Assembly (NCBI GenBank): GCA_051652765.1
Contig: JBOFUV010000097.1
Coordinates: forward strand, 32,001-96,000
Origin: Microcoleaceae cyanobacterium
GTDB lineage: Bacteria > Cyanobacteriota > Cyanobacteriia > Cyanobacteriales > Microcoleaceae
Direction: 5' to 3'
DNA: 64,000 nucleotides
A program made the position numbers and the translations under genes. The notes beneath the pieces are model-generated. The model did not search any database. It was not told the origin of the DNA and worked only from the letters and a program-made list of their open reading frames with translations. Positions 8,224-19,428 of the stretch are shown here, in pieces. The first letter of the stretch is position 1, and every line of letters starts with the position of its first letter.

Positions 8224-9984
8224 TCAAGCTGGATAGATTCGCAGCCGACGATTGGGTTCTTCCCCAAAACTGTTGGATTTGAGCCGATAATGTTCGACTA
8301 GCTCATGTTGCATCTTACGCACCTTGGGCGATCGCGGCAAGAGTTCAACTGGTTGTCCCTTGGGAATCACGATTTGTTCTACCGCAAGCCGAGCCTCTTC
8401 CAAGGCTTCCAGTTCATCCGAAGAACCACTGTGAGTAAATAAACTCAGATCTGGAATTTCTGGCGTATTTGGATCTTCCATATTCAGTAATCGCCGTAGT
8501 GCCCTGGCAACCTGAGGTGGGCTACTGGACTTGATCGCATGAATCGGAATTTGACGGATCTTGGCAACGTGTTTCAGTTTTGATTGGTTGCGAACATGGG
8601 CTCGCAAGGTCAAAATCACATCAGCACCGTCAAGATCTTTCGTGAGGACGACTGGAAGCTCGAGAGCCCGAACAACATGATCGATTTGATGACGGGGAAT
8701 CCCATAGGGATAGACATGCAAGGGCAAGTCTTCTCCATTCGGGCCAAATTCCAGGGTATTTGCAGCCCCATTGGTCAGGGATTGAATCCCTGTGGTGAAG
8801 GATGCATCTAGCAGTTGACCAAAATACTGAGTTTCAGATAGAGACAAGTCTGAGGAGACCGGCATCATCTTGCCTGAGCCTCGCAAGCCATTGAATCCTG
8901 GGGCAGGCAGGGTTGCTAAGTTGGCTAGGGCTGATTTGTTGTCCGATTTGTTGTCCAATGCTGGAGTAGATTCAGGGCCCATTGGATAGCGCTCTTGGGC
9001 CACTTCAACCTCTCCGGCATCATTCATGGTTCGTACCTGCATCGCGGGTGGAATCCCTCGCAGCAAGTTGTCAATCGTACTTGACACAGATTCGTGAACG
9101 ACCCAGCGATCGCGTTCTAGCATTTCAATGGCAATTTCAAAGGTGGGAGGAGCCTTCCGTTCCAGCACGGTTTTCTGAGATCCGCGTCGCCGAGCTTCCT
9201 CATCTCCCAGGGTCACCGCCTGAATGCCCCCAATCAAATCAGAGAGGGTGGGATTTTTCATCAGATTTTCAATCCGATTCCCGTGGGCCGTGCCAATCAG
9301 TTGCACCCCTCGTTCAGCAATGGTGCGAGCCGCCAAGGCTTCTAACTCCGTGCCAATTTCATCAATTACAATCACCTCTGGCATGTGATTTTCCACCGCC
9401 TCGATCATGACCTGATGTTGTAACTCCGGACGAGACACCTGCATTCGTCGGGCTCGACCAATGGCGGGATGGGGAATGTCGCCATCCCCAGCAATCTCGT
9501 TTGACGTATCGATAATCACCACCCGTTTTTCCAATTCATCGGCCAACACCCGAGCAATCTCCCGCAGCGCGGTCGTTTTGCCTACCCCCGGACGACCCAA
9601 CATTAAAATTGACTGTCCAGTTTCCACCAAATCCCGAATCATCCCAATCTTGCCAAAAATGGCTCGACCGACCCGGCAAGTCAACCCAATCACCCGACCT
9701 GTGCGGTTGCGAATTGCACTGATTCGGTGTAAGGTGCGCTCTATTCCGGCACGATTATCACCGCTAAACTCCCCAATTTGAGAGATACATTGATCAAGGT
9801 CTTCCCAAGAAACGGATGTTTCGGACAAATACTCGGCTCCAGAGGGAAAGCGCGCTTCTGGGCGACGACCCAAGTCCATGACAATCTCAATCAGACTGCC
9901 ACGTTGAGGGTGTAGTTCTACCTTGCGTCGAATTTCCTCAGGAACAATTGCTAGCAACTTATTTAGGTCGTCTGTAATCTGCAT
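8224..9984 (-). CDS. ycf45: Ycf45-like AAA ATPase with C-terminal R3H domain
   Basis: GRPGVGKTT Walker A, VIIDTSNEIAGDG, IVIDEIG, C-terminal RKMQHELVE R3H. Confidence 0.88.
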   Translation of the reverse strand: MQITDDLNKLLAIVPEEIRRKVELHPQRGSLIEIVMDLGRRPEARFPSGAEYLSETSVSWEDLDQCISQIGEFSGDNRAGIERTLHRISAIRNRTGRVIGLTCRVGRAIFGKIGMIRDLVETGQSILMLGRPGVGKTTALREIARVLADELEKRVVIIDTSNEIAGDGDIPHPAIGRARRMQVSRPELQHQVMIEAVENHMPEVIVIDEIGTELEALAARTIAERGVQLIGTAHGNRIENLMKNPTLSDLIGGIQAVTLGDEEARRRGSQKTVLERKAPPTFEIAIEMLERDRWVVHESVSSTIDNLLRGIPPAMQVRTMNDAGEVEVAQERYPMGPESTPALDNKSDNKSALANLATLPAPGFNGLRGSGKMMPVSSDLSLSETQYFGQLLDASFTTGIQSLTNGAANTLEFGPNGEDLPLHVYPYGIPRHQIDHVVRALELPVVLTKDLDGADVILTLRAHVRNQSKLKHVAKIRQIPIHAIKSSSPPQVARALRRLLNMEDPNTPEIPDLSLFTHSGSSDELEALEEARLAVEQIVIPKGQPVELLPRSPKVRKMQHELVEHYRLKSNSFGEEPNRRLRIYPA

Positions 9985-10067
9985 ATCTACAAAAGTGACA
10001 TCTGCAAACGAATTGCCAATTCCCAGCCCTGCCCTGAATACTCTGTGACTGAACAGTGACAGAACAG

Positions 10068-11261
10068 TTACTGAATATTCAACTCATCAAACTGGTAAAT
10101 TGACGACTCACACCCCTTGATCTGAGAAACGAGAGAGCTGGCCAAACGGACTGCTTGCCAAAGTAAATTGGGCTCTGCTTCCAATAGAATGGGTCGAGAA
10201 TGACTGAGTATCTCTGGAATTGATTCAAAAGTCAAGTTCGCCCCAGGGACAGAGGTATACTTTGATTCTAGTATGTCCGCAAGCTGATCTAATACAGGTG
10301 ACAACAATACCCGAGCAAAACTGCCATAGGCGACTCCCGAAACTGCCCTAAAACCCAGTATTTCAGATTCCGATCTTGCCAATAGACCCAGCGACCTCAG
10401 CTTGGTAACGGTGTAACCGTTCGTACCTCCTGCCAGTTGAACATATCCCGGCAGATTGGCAGCCAACACCTTTTTTGCCAACTTAATACTGGCAGAGGTC
10501 GTTCCAGCTCCGATATCTCCACTCATTGGGCGACCATCGGTTTGCCAAATCAGAGGGCAAGACAGGGGAGAAACGATATCGTACAGTGTCCAGAGGTAGT
10601 CAACTAAGTCAGCTCCATCTGGACAGCTAATGGCCACCAACTGCAGTTGATCAACCCACGGTTGCACCCCGTTCCAAAGTCGTCTAAAATCAGATTCTCT
10701 TCCAACTTGAGTATGAATCTCAATTGCATCTACTCCCGTTTGCAATACCAAGGGCATGATAGTTGCGGGGGTAGAAACAAAGGATCGGGTCTGAATCAGT
10801 TGGCTAGGACAGATCGGTACGCAGCGACCACATCCATAGCAAAGCTGATCAATCACACCAGATGCCCCTCCCAATCGATCAGCAAAGGCGATCGCCTCTG
10901 CTGGACAAACCTGCTCGCAGGGTCGCCAACACTGAGTAGGACAAGCTGTTGGATCAAACTCTGCTTTGCGAAAATGAGGATCTTCTCCGTCGTTCACACT
11001 AACCATTAGCCAGGGCCTACCTTTGAAGCCAAAGCCCAGAGTTTGAGCTTGAGATCCTAAGGTTTGGGCAACCTGAAAAGCGTCTTGAGCTGCAGCAATC
11101 ACCGCAGGGTCAGCCGCTACATCAACACAATCAGCCCCGGCCAAGGTGTAGGCTAGGGCAAGGCTGCGGACTGCTGGCAAATGCTGATAACTGGCTCCGC
11201 AAATGAGCTTAAACCAGTCACCTTTGCGTAGTGAATCGAGCGGAAAGGCGTTCTTTATCAC
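10068..11261 (-). CDS. ldpA: light-dependent period protein LdpA (4Fe-4S)
   Basis: WFKLICGAS, DPHFRKAEF, CPTQCWRPCEQVCP and CYGCGRCVPICP Fe-S motifs, QTDGRPMSGDIG. Confidence 0.92.
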   Translation of the reverse strand: MIKNAFPLDSLRKGDWFKLICGASYQHLPAVRSLALAYTLAGADCVDVAADPAVIAAAQDAFQVAQTLGSQAQTLGFGFKGRPWLMVSVNDGEDPHFRKAEFDPTACPTQCWRPCEQVCPAEAIAFADRLGGASGVIDQLCYGCGRCVPICPSQLIQTRSFVSTPATIMPLVLQTGVDAIEIHTQVGRESDFRRLWNGVQPWVDQLQLVAISCPDGADLVDYLWTLYDIVSPLSCPLIWQTDGRPMSGDIGAGTTSASIKLAKKVLAANLPGYVQLAGGTNGYTVTKLRSLGLLARSESEILGFRAVSGVAYGSFARVLLSPVLDQLADILESKYTSVPGANLTFESIPEILSHSRPILLEAEPNLLWQAVRLASSLVSQIKGCESSIYQFDELNIQ

Positions 11262-11696
11262 AATTTATATAGTGCCATAACGTTGCCCAAATTCATCATT
11301 TGTTTGTTTGGAAATTGCACACCTTCGGAATTTTATTGCGGATTACGCTAGATGTTGTAGCAAAATTATATGGAACACCTGTACGTAGGGGATTGTGTAA
11401 ATTCAAACTGAGGATAAACTCGGAAGACACTGATACCACTTTTACCTGTAAATTATTCCTTCCCTAGAAAAAATGAGGAAAAATTTAGAGTGAAGTTGAT
11501 CAACCCAAAGATTTAGGGAACCCTGGGAAATGGATGTAACCAAGCCTTCATAAGTTTTTCACACTGGCAAGATAAAATTTAGACAACAGTTTGATTGATG
11601 GGTGGAGTATTTTGCTAATGAGTAAAAGCAAATTATGGAGACCAAGATCCAACTCAGTAGCTAGAGTAATTCCAATAATGATTTCTAGTTTGTACC

Positions 11697-11743
11697 AGTT
11701 TTTAGAAGTTTAGTTTTTAGAAGTTTAGTTTTTAGAAGTTTAG
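11697..11743 (+). repeat. 3 x 15-bp perfect tandem repeat AGTTTTTAGAAGTTT
   Basis: Units at 11697, 11712 and 11727, ending just before ATG 11746. Confidence 0.9.
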
Positions 11744-11745
11744 AT

Positions 11746-13029
11746 ATGAATCAAGCAAATATTCTGGTGATTGACGACAATCCAATCAATTTGGGGGTAG
11801 CCGTGAATTCCCTGGAAGATCAAGGATTTAATGTCCTTGTTGCAAGTAATGGTGAATCCGGAATTAAACGAGCAAAATACGCTCATCCCAGCATCATTTT
11901 GCTCGATATTTCAATGCCTGGACTAGATGGATTTGAAACCTGCCGTCGATTAAAACAAGATCCAGAAACTCAAACCATTCCAGTAATCTTTATGACAGCC
12001 TTTTCAGATGCAGAGAATAAAGTCAAAGGGTTGGAAGTTGGGGCAGTAGATTATGTCACAAAGCCGATTCAAATTGAAGAAGTTACTGCCCGGATCAACC
12101 TTCATCTCAAACTCTATCTTCTCACACAAAAATTAGAACAACAGGTTGAACAACGAACGATTGATCTAAACGCAGCGTTACAGAGACTTCAGACCTCTCA
12201 ACTACAACTAATTCAGCATGAAAAGATGTCAGCTCTTGGTCAATTGATGTCAGGTATTACCCATGAGATTAATAATCCGTTGGGTTTTGTTTCCGGAAAT
12301 TTAAACCATGCTGTAATGTATGTTCAGGACTTAGTTGATCACTTGAAACTGTATCAAGAAAAATTTCCCGAACCTGGAGGAGACATCGAACAACATGCAA
12401 TAAAAATTGAGTTGGATTATCTTTTGGAAGACTTGCCTGAGGTGCTAAATTCAACCCAAAATGGCATCAAACGACTCCAAGATATCAGTAGCTCTATGCG
12501 GATTTTTTCCCGTGCTGATCAACACCAGAAAGTTACATTTGATTTGCATGAAGGAATTGATAGCACTTTACTCATTCTCAAGCATCGCCTCAAGTCTAAT
12601 GAGAACCGTCCTGAAATTACAGTAATTAAAAAATATGGCAATGTTCCTCAAGTTAGCGGATTCCCAGGACAATTAAATCAAGTATTCATGAACTTGATTG
12701 CCAACGCAATTGATGTATTTGATGAGATGGCTGAATCCATGAACTTAGCAGAAATGAAATCTCACCCTTTTCAAATCATCATCTCTACTGAATTTCTCCA
12801 AAGCGAGAAACAGGTAATGATTAAAATTCAGGACAATGGGAGAGGCATGTCAGCAGAGGTTAAAACGAGAATGTTTGATCATTTATTTACCACAAAACCT
12901 GTTGGTAAAGGGACAGGACTGGGGCTATCAATTTCGCGTCAAATTATCGAGGAAAAGCATAATGGCAACTTGACCTGCAAATCCGAATTAGAACAAGGAA
13001 CAGAATTTACAATCATTCTTCCTGTATAA
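11746..13029 (+). CDS. receiver-domain histidine kinase (REC-HisKA-HATPase)
   Basis: ILVIDD..ILLDISMP; EKMSALGQL..HEINNPL; QLNQVFMNL; FTTKPVGKGTGLGL. Confidence 0.93.
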   Translation: MNQANILVIDDNPINLGVAVNSLEDQGFNVLVASNGESGIKRAKYAHPSIILLDISMPGLDGFETCRRLKQDPETQTIPVIFMTAFSDAENKVKGLEVGAVDYVTKPIQIEEVTARINLHLKLYLLTQKLEQQVEQRTIDLNAALQRLQTSQLQLIQHEKMSALGQLMSGITHEINNPLGFVSGNLNHAVMYVQDLVDHLKLYQEKFPEPGGDIEQHAIKIELDYLLEDLPEVLNSTQNGIKRLQDISSSMRIFSRADQHQKVTFDLHEGIDSTLLILKHRLKSNENRPEITVIKKYGNVPQVSGFPGQLNQVFMNLIANAIDVFDEMAESMNLAEMKSHPFQIIISTEFLQSEKQVMIKIQDNGRGMSAEVKTRMFDHLFTTKPVGKGTGLGLSISRQIIEEKHNGNLTCKSELEQGTEFTIILPV

Positions 13030-13236
13030 GAGTTAAACTATTTCACTAAGAATTCTTTTCAAGCCACCCTCGTTCTTCGCCGACAAACAAGCACTGCTTG
13101 TCGAATTTCTTCCGTCTATTATTCATTTTTCTGGCCAAGATAATATTATCTTTCTTGTCCCAAAAAGAATTTATGAAATCAAATGTAAGCTTGACTGATT
13201 AAAATCAAAAGACTTAATGGATTAAGGTTAACAAAA

Positions 13237-15516
13237 ATGTCTATTAGAAATAAAATCATTCGTGGGTATACCTTGGCTTTGAGTATCGCTTTAGGAGGAA
13301 CAATTTCCGGATTAATAATAGGAAATTACTATCAACAAAAGGCACTGAAATATCGAGAGACTGCTGCTATAGATCGCAAATTTTTGAGCACACTACAATT
13401 AGATATTCTATATAATCGGCCTACCAAACAACTGTCTCCTTATCTGCAGAATCCAGAAGATTTTAGTCAAGAAAGTGAAAAATTCATCCGACGACTTGAT
13501 AAAATTCAGTCGTTTTTACTGGCATATAATTCTTTGGAGAATCCATCAACTCTTGAAGGTTTGCCGCCTCTGTTAAATGCTTATCTAGTTGTCGTTAATA
13601 ACTTTTCTCAAAGATTCAAATTGTTTACTCAAAAAGTCAGACCTTTGGTTACAACCCCAGGCGGTGTAAGAGAAGCGGAGATTGAACTTTTACAACTGGC
13701 GAAAAGCTTAGAGTTTGTGAAGTTTATTGAATTTCCAGAAGAACTCTCTAGTTTTTATAAGCTTGCTGAGCAACAGGAGGAAAATTCTGAAATTGCTTTA
13801 GCTAGGGCTGAAGTATTACGAACCTGGATCATTATAACAAGTCTAGGACTATCAACTCTTTTGGCAATTATGTCAGTTTTACATACTAGCTATAGTATCG
13901 CTTATCCAATTCAATCTCTCAATCTTACTGCTCAAAAAGTCACGAATGAATCGAATTTTGATCTACAAGCTCTAGTTGAAACAGAAGATGAAGTTGGCGC
14001 TTTAGCTATATCTTTAAACCAAATGATTCAACGAGTACAACAGCTATTAAAGGAACAACAGGAATATATAAACCAACTTCAATCAGTCACAAAAATTGCT
14101 GATGATGCTAACCAAGCCAAAAGCGAGTTTCTATCGAATATGAGCCATGAGTTAAGAACGCCGTTGAATGGAATTCTAGGTTATGCTCAAATCTTAAAAC
14201 GCGACCGTACCCTAACACCTCAACAAAGTGATGGACTCAATATTATTCAAAAAAGTGGCAATCATTTATTAACCCTAATTAACGACATTCTAGATTTATC
14301 GAAAATTGAAGCCCGCAAGATGGAACTATATCCTAGTGATACTCACCTTGCAAGTTTTCTAGACAGTATCACTGAACTGATGAGAATGCGGGCATTAGAA
14401 AAAGATATTCTCTTCAAGCTCGAATTAGATTCAGCCCTGCCTGCGGGAGTTAAAGCTGATGAAAAACGGCTCAGGCAAGTATTGTTGAACTTATTAGGAA
14501 ATGCAGTTAAATTTACTGATCAAGGTCAGGTTATTCTGAGGGTAAAGCAAGTTAGAACCGAGGCAGATCAAGCAACTCTGCGGTTTGAAATTATCGATAC
14601 AGGAGTCGGCATGACTCCCGAACAATTGCAGAAAATCTTTCAACCCTTTGAACAAGTCGGAGATAGCAAAAAGCGTTCAGAGGGTACAGGCTTGGGACTC
14701 GCAATTACTCAACAATTAGTTGGACTTATGGGAGGTGAATTGCAAGTTTCTAGCGAATCCGGAAAGGGATCAACCTTCTGGTTTGAAGCCACATTTCCTG
14801 TGATTGAAACCTGGATCGAATCCCAACCCGAAATCACTCAACAAATTGCAGGTTATCAAGGGCAAAAACGCACGATTTTAGTTGTCGATGATAAGGAAGA
14901 AAATCGTTTGGTTTTGCAACATATGCTAGAACCTTTAGGGTTTGATATTCTCCTGGGAGAAGATGGTCAACAAGAAGTTAAACTTGCTCAAAAACATAAG
15001 CCTGACTTGATTTTAACGGATTTAGTTATGCCAGTCAAAACAGGGTTTGAAGCGATTCAAGAAATTCGACAAATTCCAGAGATTCAGGAAATACCGATTA
15101 TTGCCATATCCGCTAGTTTAATGGATTCAGAACAGCATAAAAGTAGAATTGGAGGATGTGATGCTTTTTTACCTAAGCCAGTTGAGGAGCAAAGTTTATT
15201 GAAAATGCTAGGTCACTACCTACATTTAGAGTGGATATATGAACAACAAATTCAACCTACTCAGACTGAATTCCAAAGTTCAATTCAAGATGAAGTTTCA
15301 ATGGTATCAGAAGAGTTAGTTGTTCCCCCCCTGGAGGAGATAGAAGTTTTGTATGAATTAGCCATGCTGGGCAATATGCGAAAGATTCAGGAACGAGCTG
15401 TTTATTTAGAGGAGTTAGATGTTAAATACACTTGCTTCTCTCAAAAGATTAAAGCCTTAGCCAGTGAATTTCGGGATGGAGAGATTATTGCTTTAATCGA
15501 ACGTTTTCTTGGGTAA
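13237..15516 (+). CDS. membrane hybrid sensor histidine kinase (HAMP-HisKA-HATPase-REC)
   Basis: Two TM segments, HAMP (EDEVGALA..NQM), SHELRTPL, NAVKFT, GTGLGL, C-terminal receiver. Confidence 0.93.
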   Translation: MSIRNKIIRGYTLALSIALGGTISGLIIGNYYQQKALKYRETAAIDRKFLSTLQLDILYNRPTKQLSPYLQNPEDFSQESEKFIRRLDKIQSFLLAYNSLENPSTLEGLPPLLNAYLVVVNNFSQRFKLFTQKVRPLVTTPGGVREAEIELLQLAKSLEFVKFIEFPEELSSFYKLAEQQEENSEIALARAEVLRTWIIITSLGLSTLLAIMSVLHTSYSIAYPIQSLNLTAQKVTNESNFDLQALVETEDEVGALAISLNQMIQRVQQLLKEQQEYINQLQSVTKIADDANQAKSEFLSNMSHELRTPLNGILGYAQILKRDRTLTPQQSDGLNIIQKSGNHLLTLINDILDLSKIEARKMELYPSDTHLASFLDSITELMRMRALEKDILFKLELDSALPAGVKADEKRLRQVLLNLLGNAVKFTDQGQVILRVKQVRTEADQATLRFEIIDTGVGMTPEQLQKIFQPFEQVGDSKKRSEGTGLGLAITQQLVGLMGGELQVSSESGKGSTFWFEATFPVIETWIESQPEITQQIAGYQGQKRTILVVDDKEENRLVLQHMLEPLGFDILLGEDGQQEVKLAQKHKPDLILTDLVMPVKTGFEAIQEIRQIPEIQEIPIIAISASLMDSEQHKSRIGGCDAFLPKPVEEQSLLKMLGHYLHLEWIYEQQIQPTQTEFQSSIQDEVSMVSEELVVPPLEEIEVLYELAMLGNMRKIQERAVYLEELDVKYTCFSQKIKALASEFRDGEIIALIERFLG

Positions 15517-15621
15517 TGGGGTAAGGAAGAATTAACAAGGGTCGAATTTTGACAAGACACCGTGTAAGCTGAGGTGAAGAATTTGTACCGTCTCTGAAAC
15601 GATCCACGATCACACCTTAAC

Positions 15622-16857
15622 ATGGCAACGATTAACGATAACTACCTCAAACTCAAGGCTGGATACTTGTTTCCCGAAATTGCGCGTCGGGTGAATGCCT
15701 TTGCTGACGCTAACCCAGACGCAAACATGATTAAACTCGGCATTGGTGATGTTACGGAACCTTTACCAGAAGCCTGCCGTATTGCCATGACCCAGGCGGT
15801 AGAAGAAATGGGCGATCGCGCTACATTCAAGGGTTATGGCCCAGAACAAGGCTACGGTTGGCTGCGAGAAAAAGTTGCCCACCATGATTTTCAGTCCCGA
15901 GGCTGTGAAGTTGATGCGGCTGAAATTTTTATCTCCGACGGTTCCAAGTGCGATACGGGTAATATCCTCGACATTTTCAGTCAGGACAACACAATTGCTG
16001 TCACCGATCCGGTTTATCCCGTGTATGTAGACACGAACGTGATGGCTGGCAATACAGGGGTTGTGAACGATCAAGGAGAATATGAAGGCTTAGTCTACTT
16101 GCCGATCACCGCCGAGAATCACTTTACCGCTGCATTGCCCACGAAGAAAGTCGATCTGATCTATCTCTGCTTCCCCAACAATCCCACGGGGGCCACTGCC
16201 ACCAAGGAGTATTTGAAAACTTGGGTTGAGTATGCCAAGGCCAACGGTTCAATTATTCTGTTTGATGCTGCCTACGAAGCGTTTATCACTGATCCAACCT
16301 TACCTCACTCAATCTACGAAATTGATGGGGCGCGAGATTGTGCTATTGAGTTCCGTTCTTTCTCCAAAAATGCTGGATTTACGGGAACCCGCTGTGCCTT
16401 AACCGTTGTCCCCCAGACCTTAACGGCTAAAGCGGCGGATGGCTCTGATGTAGAACTGTGGAAATTGTGGAACCGTCGTCAGTCTACTAAGTTTAATGGC
16501 GTTTCCTACCTTGTGCAGCGGGGTGCAGAAGCCGTTTATTCTGAGGTGGGACAAGCTCAAGTTAAGGCGTTAGTCCAGTTCTATCTGGAGAATGCCAAGA
16601 TCATCTGTGATCGATTGATGGCTGCCGGACTGGCGGTTTACGGTGGAGTGAATGCTCCCTATGTTTGGGTAAAAACCCCCAACGGTTTGTCAAGCTGGGA
16701 TTTCTTTGACAAGTTGCTCCACGCCTGTAACGTGGTCGGCACGCCCGGTTCAGGGTTTGGAGCGGCTGGGGAAGGATATTTTCGGATTTCTGCTTTCAAT
16801 ACTCGTGATCAGGTAAACGCAGCCATGGAGCGGATTGCGGAGAAGTTTAAGGTTTAA
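15622..16857 (+). CDS. dapL: LL-diaminopimelate aminotransferase
   Basis: [46 protein letters not shown]. Confidence 0.97.
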   Translation: MATINDNYLKLKAGYLFPEIARRVNAFADANPDANMIKLGIGDVTEPLPEACRIAMTQAVEEMGDRATFKGYGPEQGYGWLREKVAHHDFQSRGCEVDAAEIFISDGSKCDTGNILDIFSQDNTIAVTDPVYPVYVDTNVMAGNTGVVNDQGEYEGLVYLPITAENHFTAALPTKKVDLIYLCFPNNPTGATATKEYLKTWVEYAKANGSIILFDAAYEAFITDPTLPHSIYEIDGARDCAIEFRSFSKNAGFTGTRCALTVVPQTLTAKAADGSDVELWKLWNRRQSTKFNGVSYLVQRGAEAVYSEVGQAQVKALVQFYLENAKIICDRLMAAGLAVYGGVNAPYVWVKTPNGLSSWDFFDKLLHACNVVGTPGSGFGAAGEGYFRISAFNTRDQVNAAMERIAEKFKV

Positions 16858-16904
16858 CGTTAAACTTCTGGGTTGAGTTTTCCATGTTCGGCCCAACCCC
16901 ATAC

Positions 16905-17363
16905 CTAGAAGCTGATCTCTAAATCAATTCCCTGAGACAAGATCTGTGCCTGACGACCCTCTCCTCGCTGATGGAGTAGGCTGATCTGAATCCAGTGTTG
17001 AGGTTGATAAACCAATCGTTCTGCCCATTCAATGGCAACAATTCCAGGTTCAACCTCAGTGCCTTCCCAGTAGAGATCCAGGTTTAAGGCTGCAACTTCT
17101 GAGGGGGTCAAACGATATAAGTCTAGATGGTACAGGGGAATTCGGCCAGAGGTATACTCATTAATTAAGGTAAATGTCGGACTGTCAATGGGTTCTGTGA
17201 TACCTAATCCCTGGCCAATTCCCTGGACGAGGGTTGTTTTTCCACTGCCCAACTCTCCAGCTAGCAAAATCACACAATTGGGCAGGAGCGATCGCCCAAG
17301 CTGAATCCCCAAATTCCGAGTGGCGATTACATCAGGCAGAAAAATAGCATTCTTCTGGGTCAC
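16905..17363 (-). CDS. tsaE: t6A biosynthesis ATPase TsaE
   Basis: GELGSGKT, SPTFTLINEY, HLDLYRL, IEWA. Confidence 0.95.
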   Translation of the reverse strand: MTQKNAIFLPDVIATRNLGIQLGRSLLPNCVILLAGELGSGKTTLVQGIGQGLGITEPIDSPTFTLINEYTSGRIPLYHLDLYRLTPSEVAALNLDLYWEGTEVEPGIVAIEWAERLVYQPQHWIQISLLHQRGEGRQAQILSQGIDLEISF

Positions 17364-17466
17364 ATCAACTATTCCTATCCTTAGCTAACACAAACTGCAT
17401 AGTTTTTCCTGAATCCACCTTACTAAATCTGTAGAGTCTAGCACTGAATATAAGGGAGCAATCATT

Positions 17467-18324
17467 ATGCGTTGGAGCAAGCCTCACATCCAGCAGCTCA
17501 GACTAACCTTCACTCTGGCGTTATCACTCTCAGTTGGGTTTCCGGTTCAGGCCCAGACCTTTCCTCCTCAACCTGTAAACCTAGCCAATCCACTGGCCAA
17601 TTCACTGGCTAATTCAACCGTTAACTTAAATTCTATAGAACAACCTCTACAGTTCAATCTTCCGGATATGACTGACCGAGGGCGACCGGGTGAACGCAGT
17701 GGAGGCGGGAGCCGTGGCCCTTGTTCGATTGATCCAAAGGAGTTGTATGCCCTTGTTCCCAAAGATGGTCGAGGCTTGACTGTAAGTGGTTCTCCAAGCT
17801 TTTGGTTTCGGATTCCCTATTCATCGACAGACTATCATTCCCTCAAATTTCAGTTGACGCGATTTTGGAATAGTGGCAAACGGGAAGCTTTAGTCTACGA
17901 AAAAACATTATCTGCGGCTGAGGTTCCCACAGGAATTGTCAGCATTGCTGTGCCAGAAACCATCAGTCTACTCGAAACCGAACCCACTTACTACGAGTGG
18001 TCACTGGCCGCCTACTGTCAGAACTCTGAACCCAACTCTGAACTCGTAGAAACAGCCGTCGTCTATGGTTCTATCGTTAGGATTCAGCCAACTCCTGAGT
18101 TGACCCAAGCCCTAGAAACTGCTGCGACGGATCGCGATCGCGCCCGAATCTATGCAGAACAGGGCCTGTGGTACGATAGCCTTACGGTGTTAGGCTATCT
18201 GAACCGGAGTTCTCTCGATCAGCCTGAGCTTTCAGCCGATTGGCAAGCCTTGCTGAAAAGCGTTGGTCTGGGACAAATCGCAACAGAACCCCTAGCCGAT
18301 TGTTGTAACGTTGCTCGAAACTAA
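17467..18324 (+). CDS. DUF928 domain secreted protein
   Basis: Signal peptide, GGGSRG.C, P.FWF.IP, YAEQGLWYDSL, W..LLKSVGL. Confidence 0.85.
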   Translation: MRWSKPHIQQLRLTFTLALSLSVGFPVQAQTFPPQPVNLANPLANSLANSTVNLNSIEQPLQFNLPDMTDRGRPGERSGGGSRGPCSIDPKELYALVPKDGRGLTVSGSPSFWFRIPYSSTDYHSLKFQLTRFWNSGKREALVYEKTLSAAEVPTGIVSIAVPETISLLETEPTYYEWSLAAYCQNSEPNSELVETAVVYGSIVRIQPTPELTQALETAATDRDRARIYAEQGLWYDSLTVLGYLNRSSLDQPELSADWQALLKSVGLGQIATEPLADCCNVARN

Positions 18325-18434
18325 AACTGTTGGTGTCGAAGCCAAGTTTTTGGCAGGTTGAGTTGCTTAATTAGATCTCTAGACTGTTCGGGCAAGATGC
18401 TTAACTCACGTTTACAATTCACAGGGGATTGTTC

Positions 18435-18529
18435 TGTAGCCATCACCAAGGCGGTGAGGACAGGGACATTTTTGTGGGCGCGAGCGATCTGCGCCCACAA
18501 AAATGTCCTAAACATAATGGCAGCCTAGC
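18435..18529. mobile_element. degenerate MITE-like repeat with perfect 18-bp internal inverted repeat
   Basis: TGTAGCCATCACCAAGGCGGTGAGGACA left end; GGACATTTTTGTGGGCGC (18464-18481) / GCGCCCACAAAAATGTCC (18491-18508); right end degenerate. Confidence 0.5.
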
Positions 18530-18622
18530 TTACACCCTGTTTAACATCAAGTCGAAATTAAGCCGGATTAGAACCTGATATGATCTTCCTGTTTAACCCT
18601 TAATTAGATTGAATAGAATCCT

Positions 18623-18931
18623 ATGTCCTCCCCAACAACTCCTGATTCTTCCAATACCCTGGGCGCAGATGCAATTGATGAGGCGATTGCCCAAGGGATT
18701 GACTTTGACGGGTCTGCCATCCCCCCCGAAAAGCTTGATCTCTACAACAAGGTTATGGCCCTAGAGGCCGGACGGCAACGCAGCGGAGTGTCCAATACTA
18801 TGCGATCGCGGATTGTTCGGATTGGGGCAAAACACATTCCCCAGGGCGAGTTAAATCAGATGTTGCTTGATGCAGAATTCGCCCCTTTGAAAGAGAAAGA
18901 AATTGCTTTTTATTACGGCGGCAAATCCTAA
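18623..18931 (+). CDS. DUF4090 family protein
   Basis: GADAIDEAIAQGIDFDGS..RQRSGVSNTMRSRIVRIGAKH..LKEKEIAFYY. Confidence 0.85.
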   Translation: MSSPTTPDSSNTLGADAIDEAIAQGIDFDGSAIPPEKLDLYNKVMALEAGRQRSGVSNTMRSRIVRIGAKHIPQGELNQMLLDAEFAPLKEKEIAFYYGGKS

Positions 18932-19038
18932 TCAAGGCAGAGATTAGCCTACGATCACCCCTGATCACTTGCACTCTGACGAGCAGGCAGACCAAATTAG
19001 TTCCAATAAGATAGATGCCCTGAGAAGATTGAGTGTGA

Positions 19039-19428
19039 CTAGGCTAGTGCCTCAGGGCAATATCCTAAGCCTTTGACAAACTGGGAACGAAATGCCTCAA
19101 TGTCTTCCCGACTGGGGCGGCCATGGGAAACGACTGCGACTTGATATCGCCGCATCACACTGAGAGGAGTTTGCCCTGTTTCCAAGCCCCAAAGCGCCAT
19201 TTGAATCCGGATATTTGGATCATAGGGAATTCCTAGTTCAGTCATAAATGCCTTAAAGTCCCCATGTTGCTGAGCTGTTAGCGGCTGACTCATTTTGATT
19301 TTAATAATCCATCCATCAATTTGATGAATTATTGTTAAAAACTTCAAAGGCAAATTGCTGCGATTATATAAATAATCAGTTGCTCGCAAAGTTAAACTTG
19401 TATTGGCTAGAAAGTATAAATACTCCAT
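19039..19428 (-). CDS. conserved cyanobacterial hypothetical protein
   Basis: MEYLYFLAN.SLTLR..HQIDGW..VAVVSHG..GLGYCPE; probable ATG at 19428. Confidence 0.75.
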   Translation of the reverse strand: MEYLYFLANTSLTLRATDYLYNRSNLPLKFLTIIHQIDGWIIKIKMSQPLTAQQHGDFKAFMTELGIPYDPNIRIQMALWGLETGQTPLSVMRRYQVAVVSHGRPSREDIEAFRSQFVKGLGYCPEALA

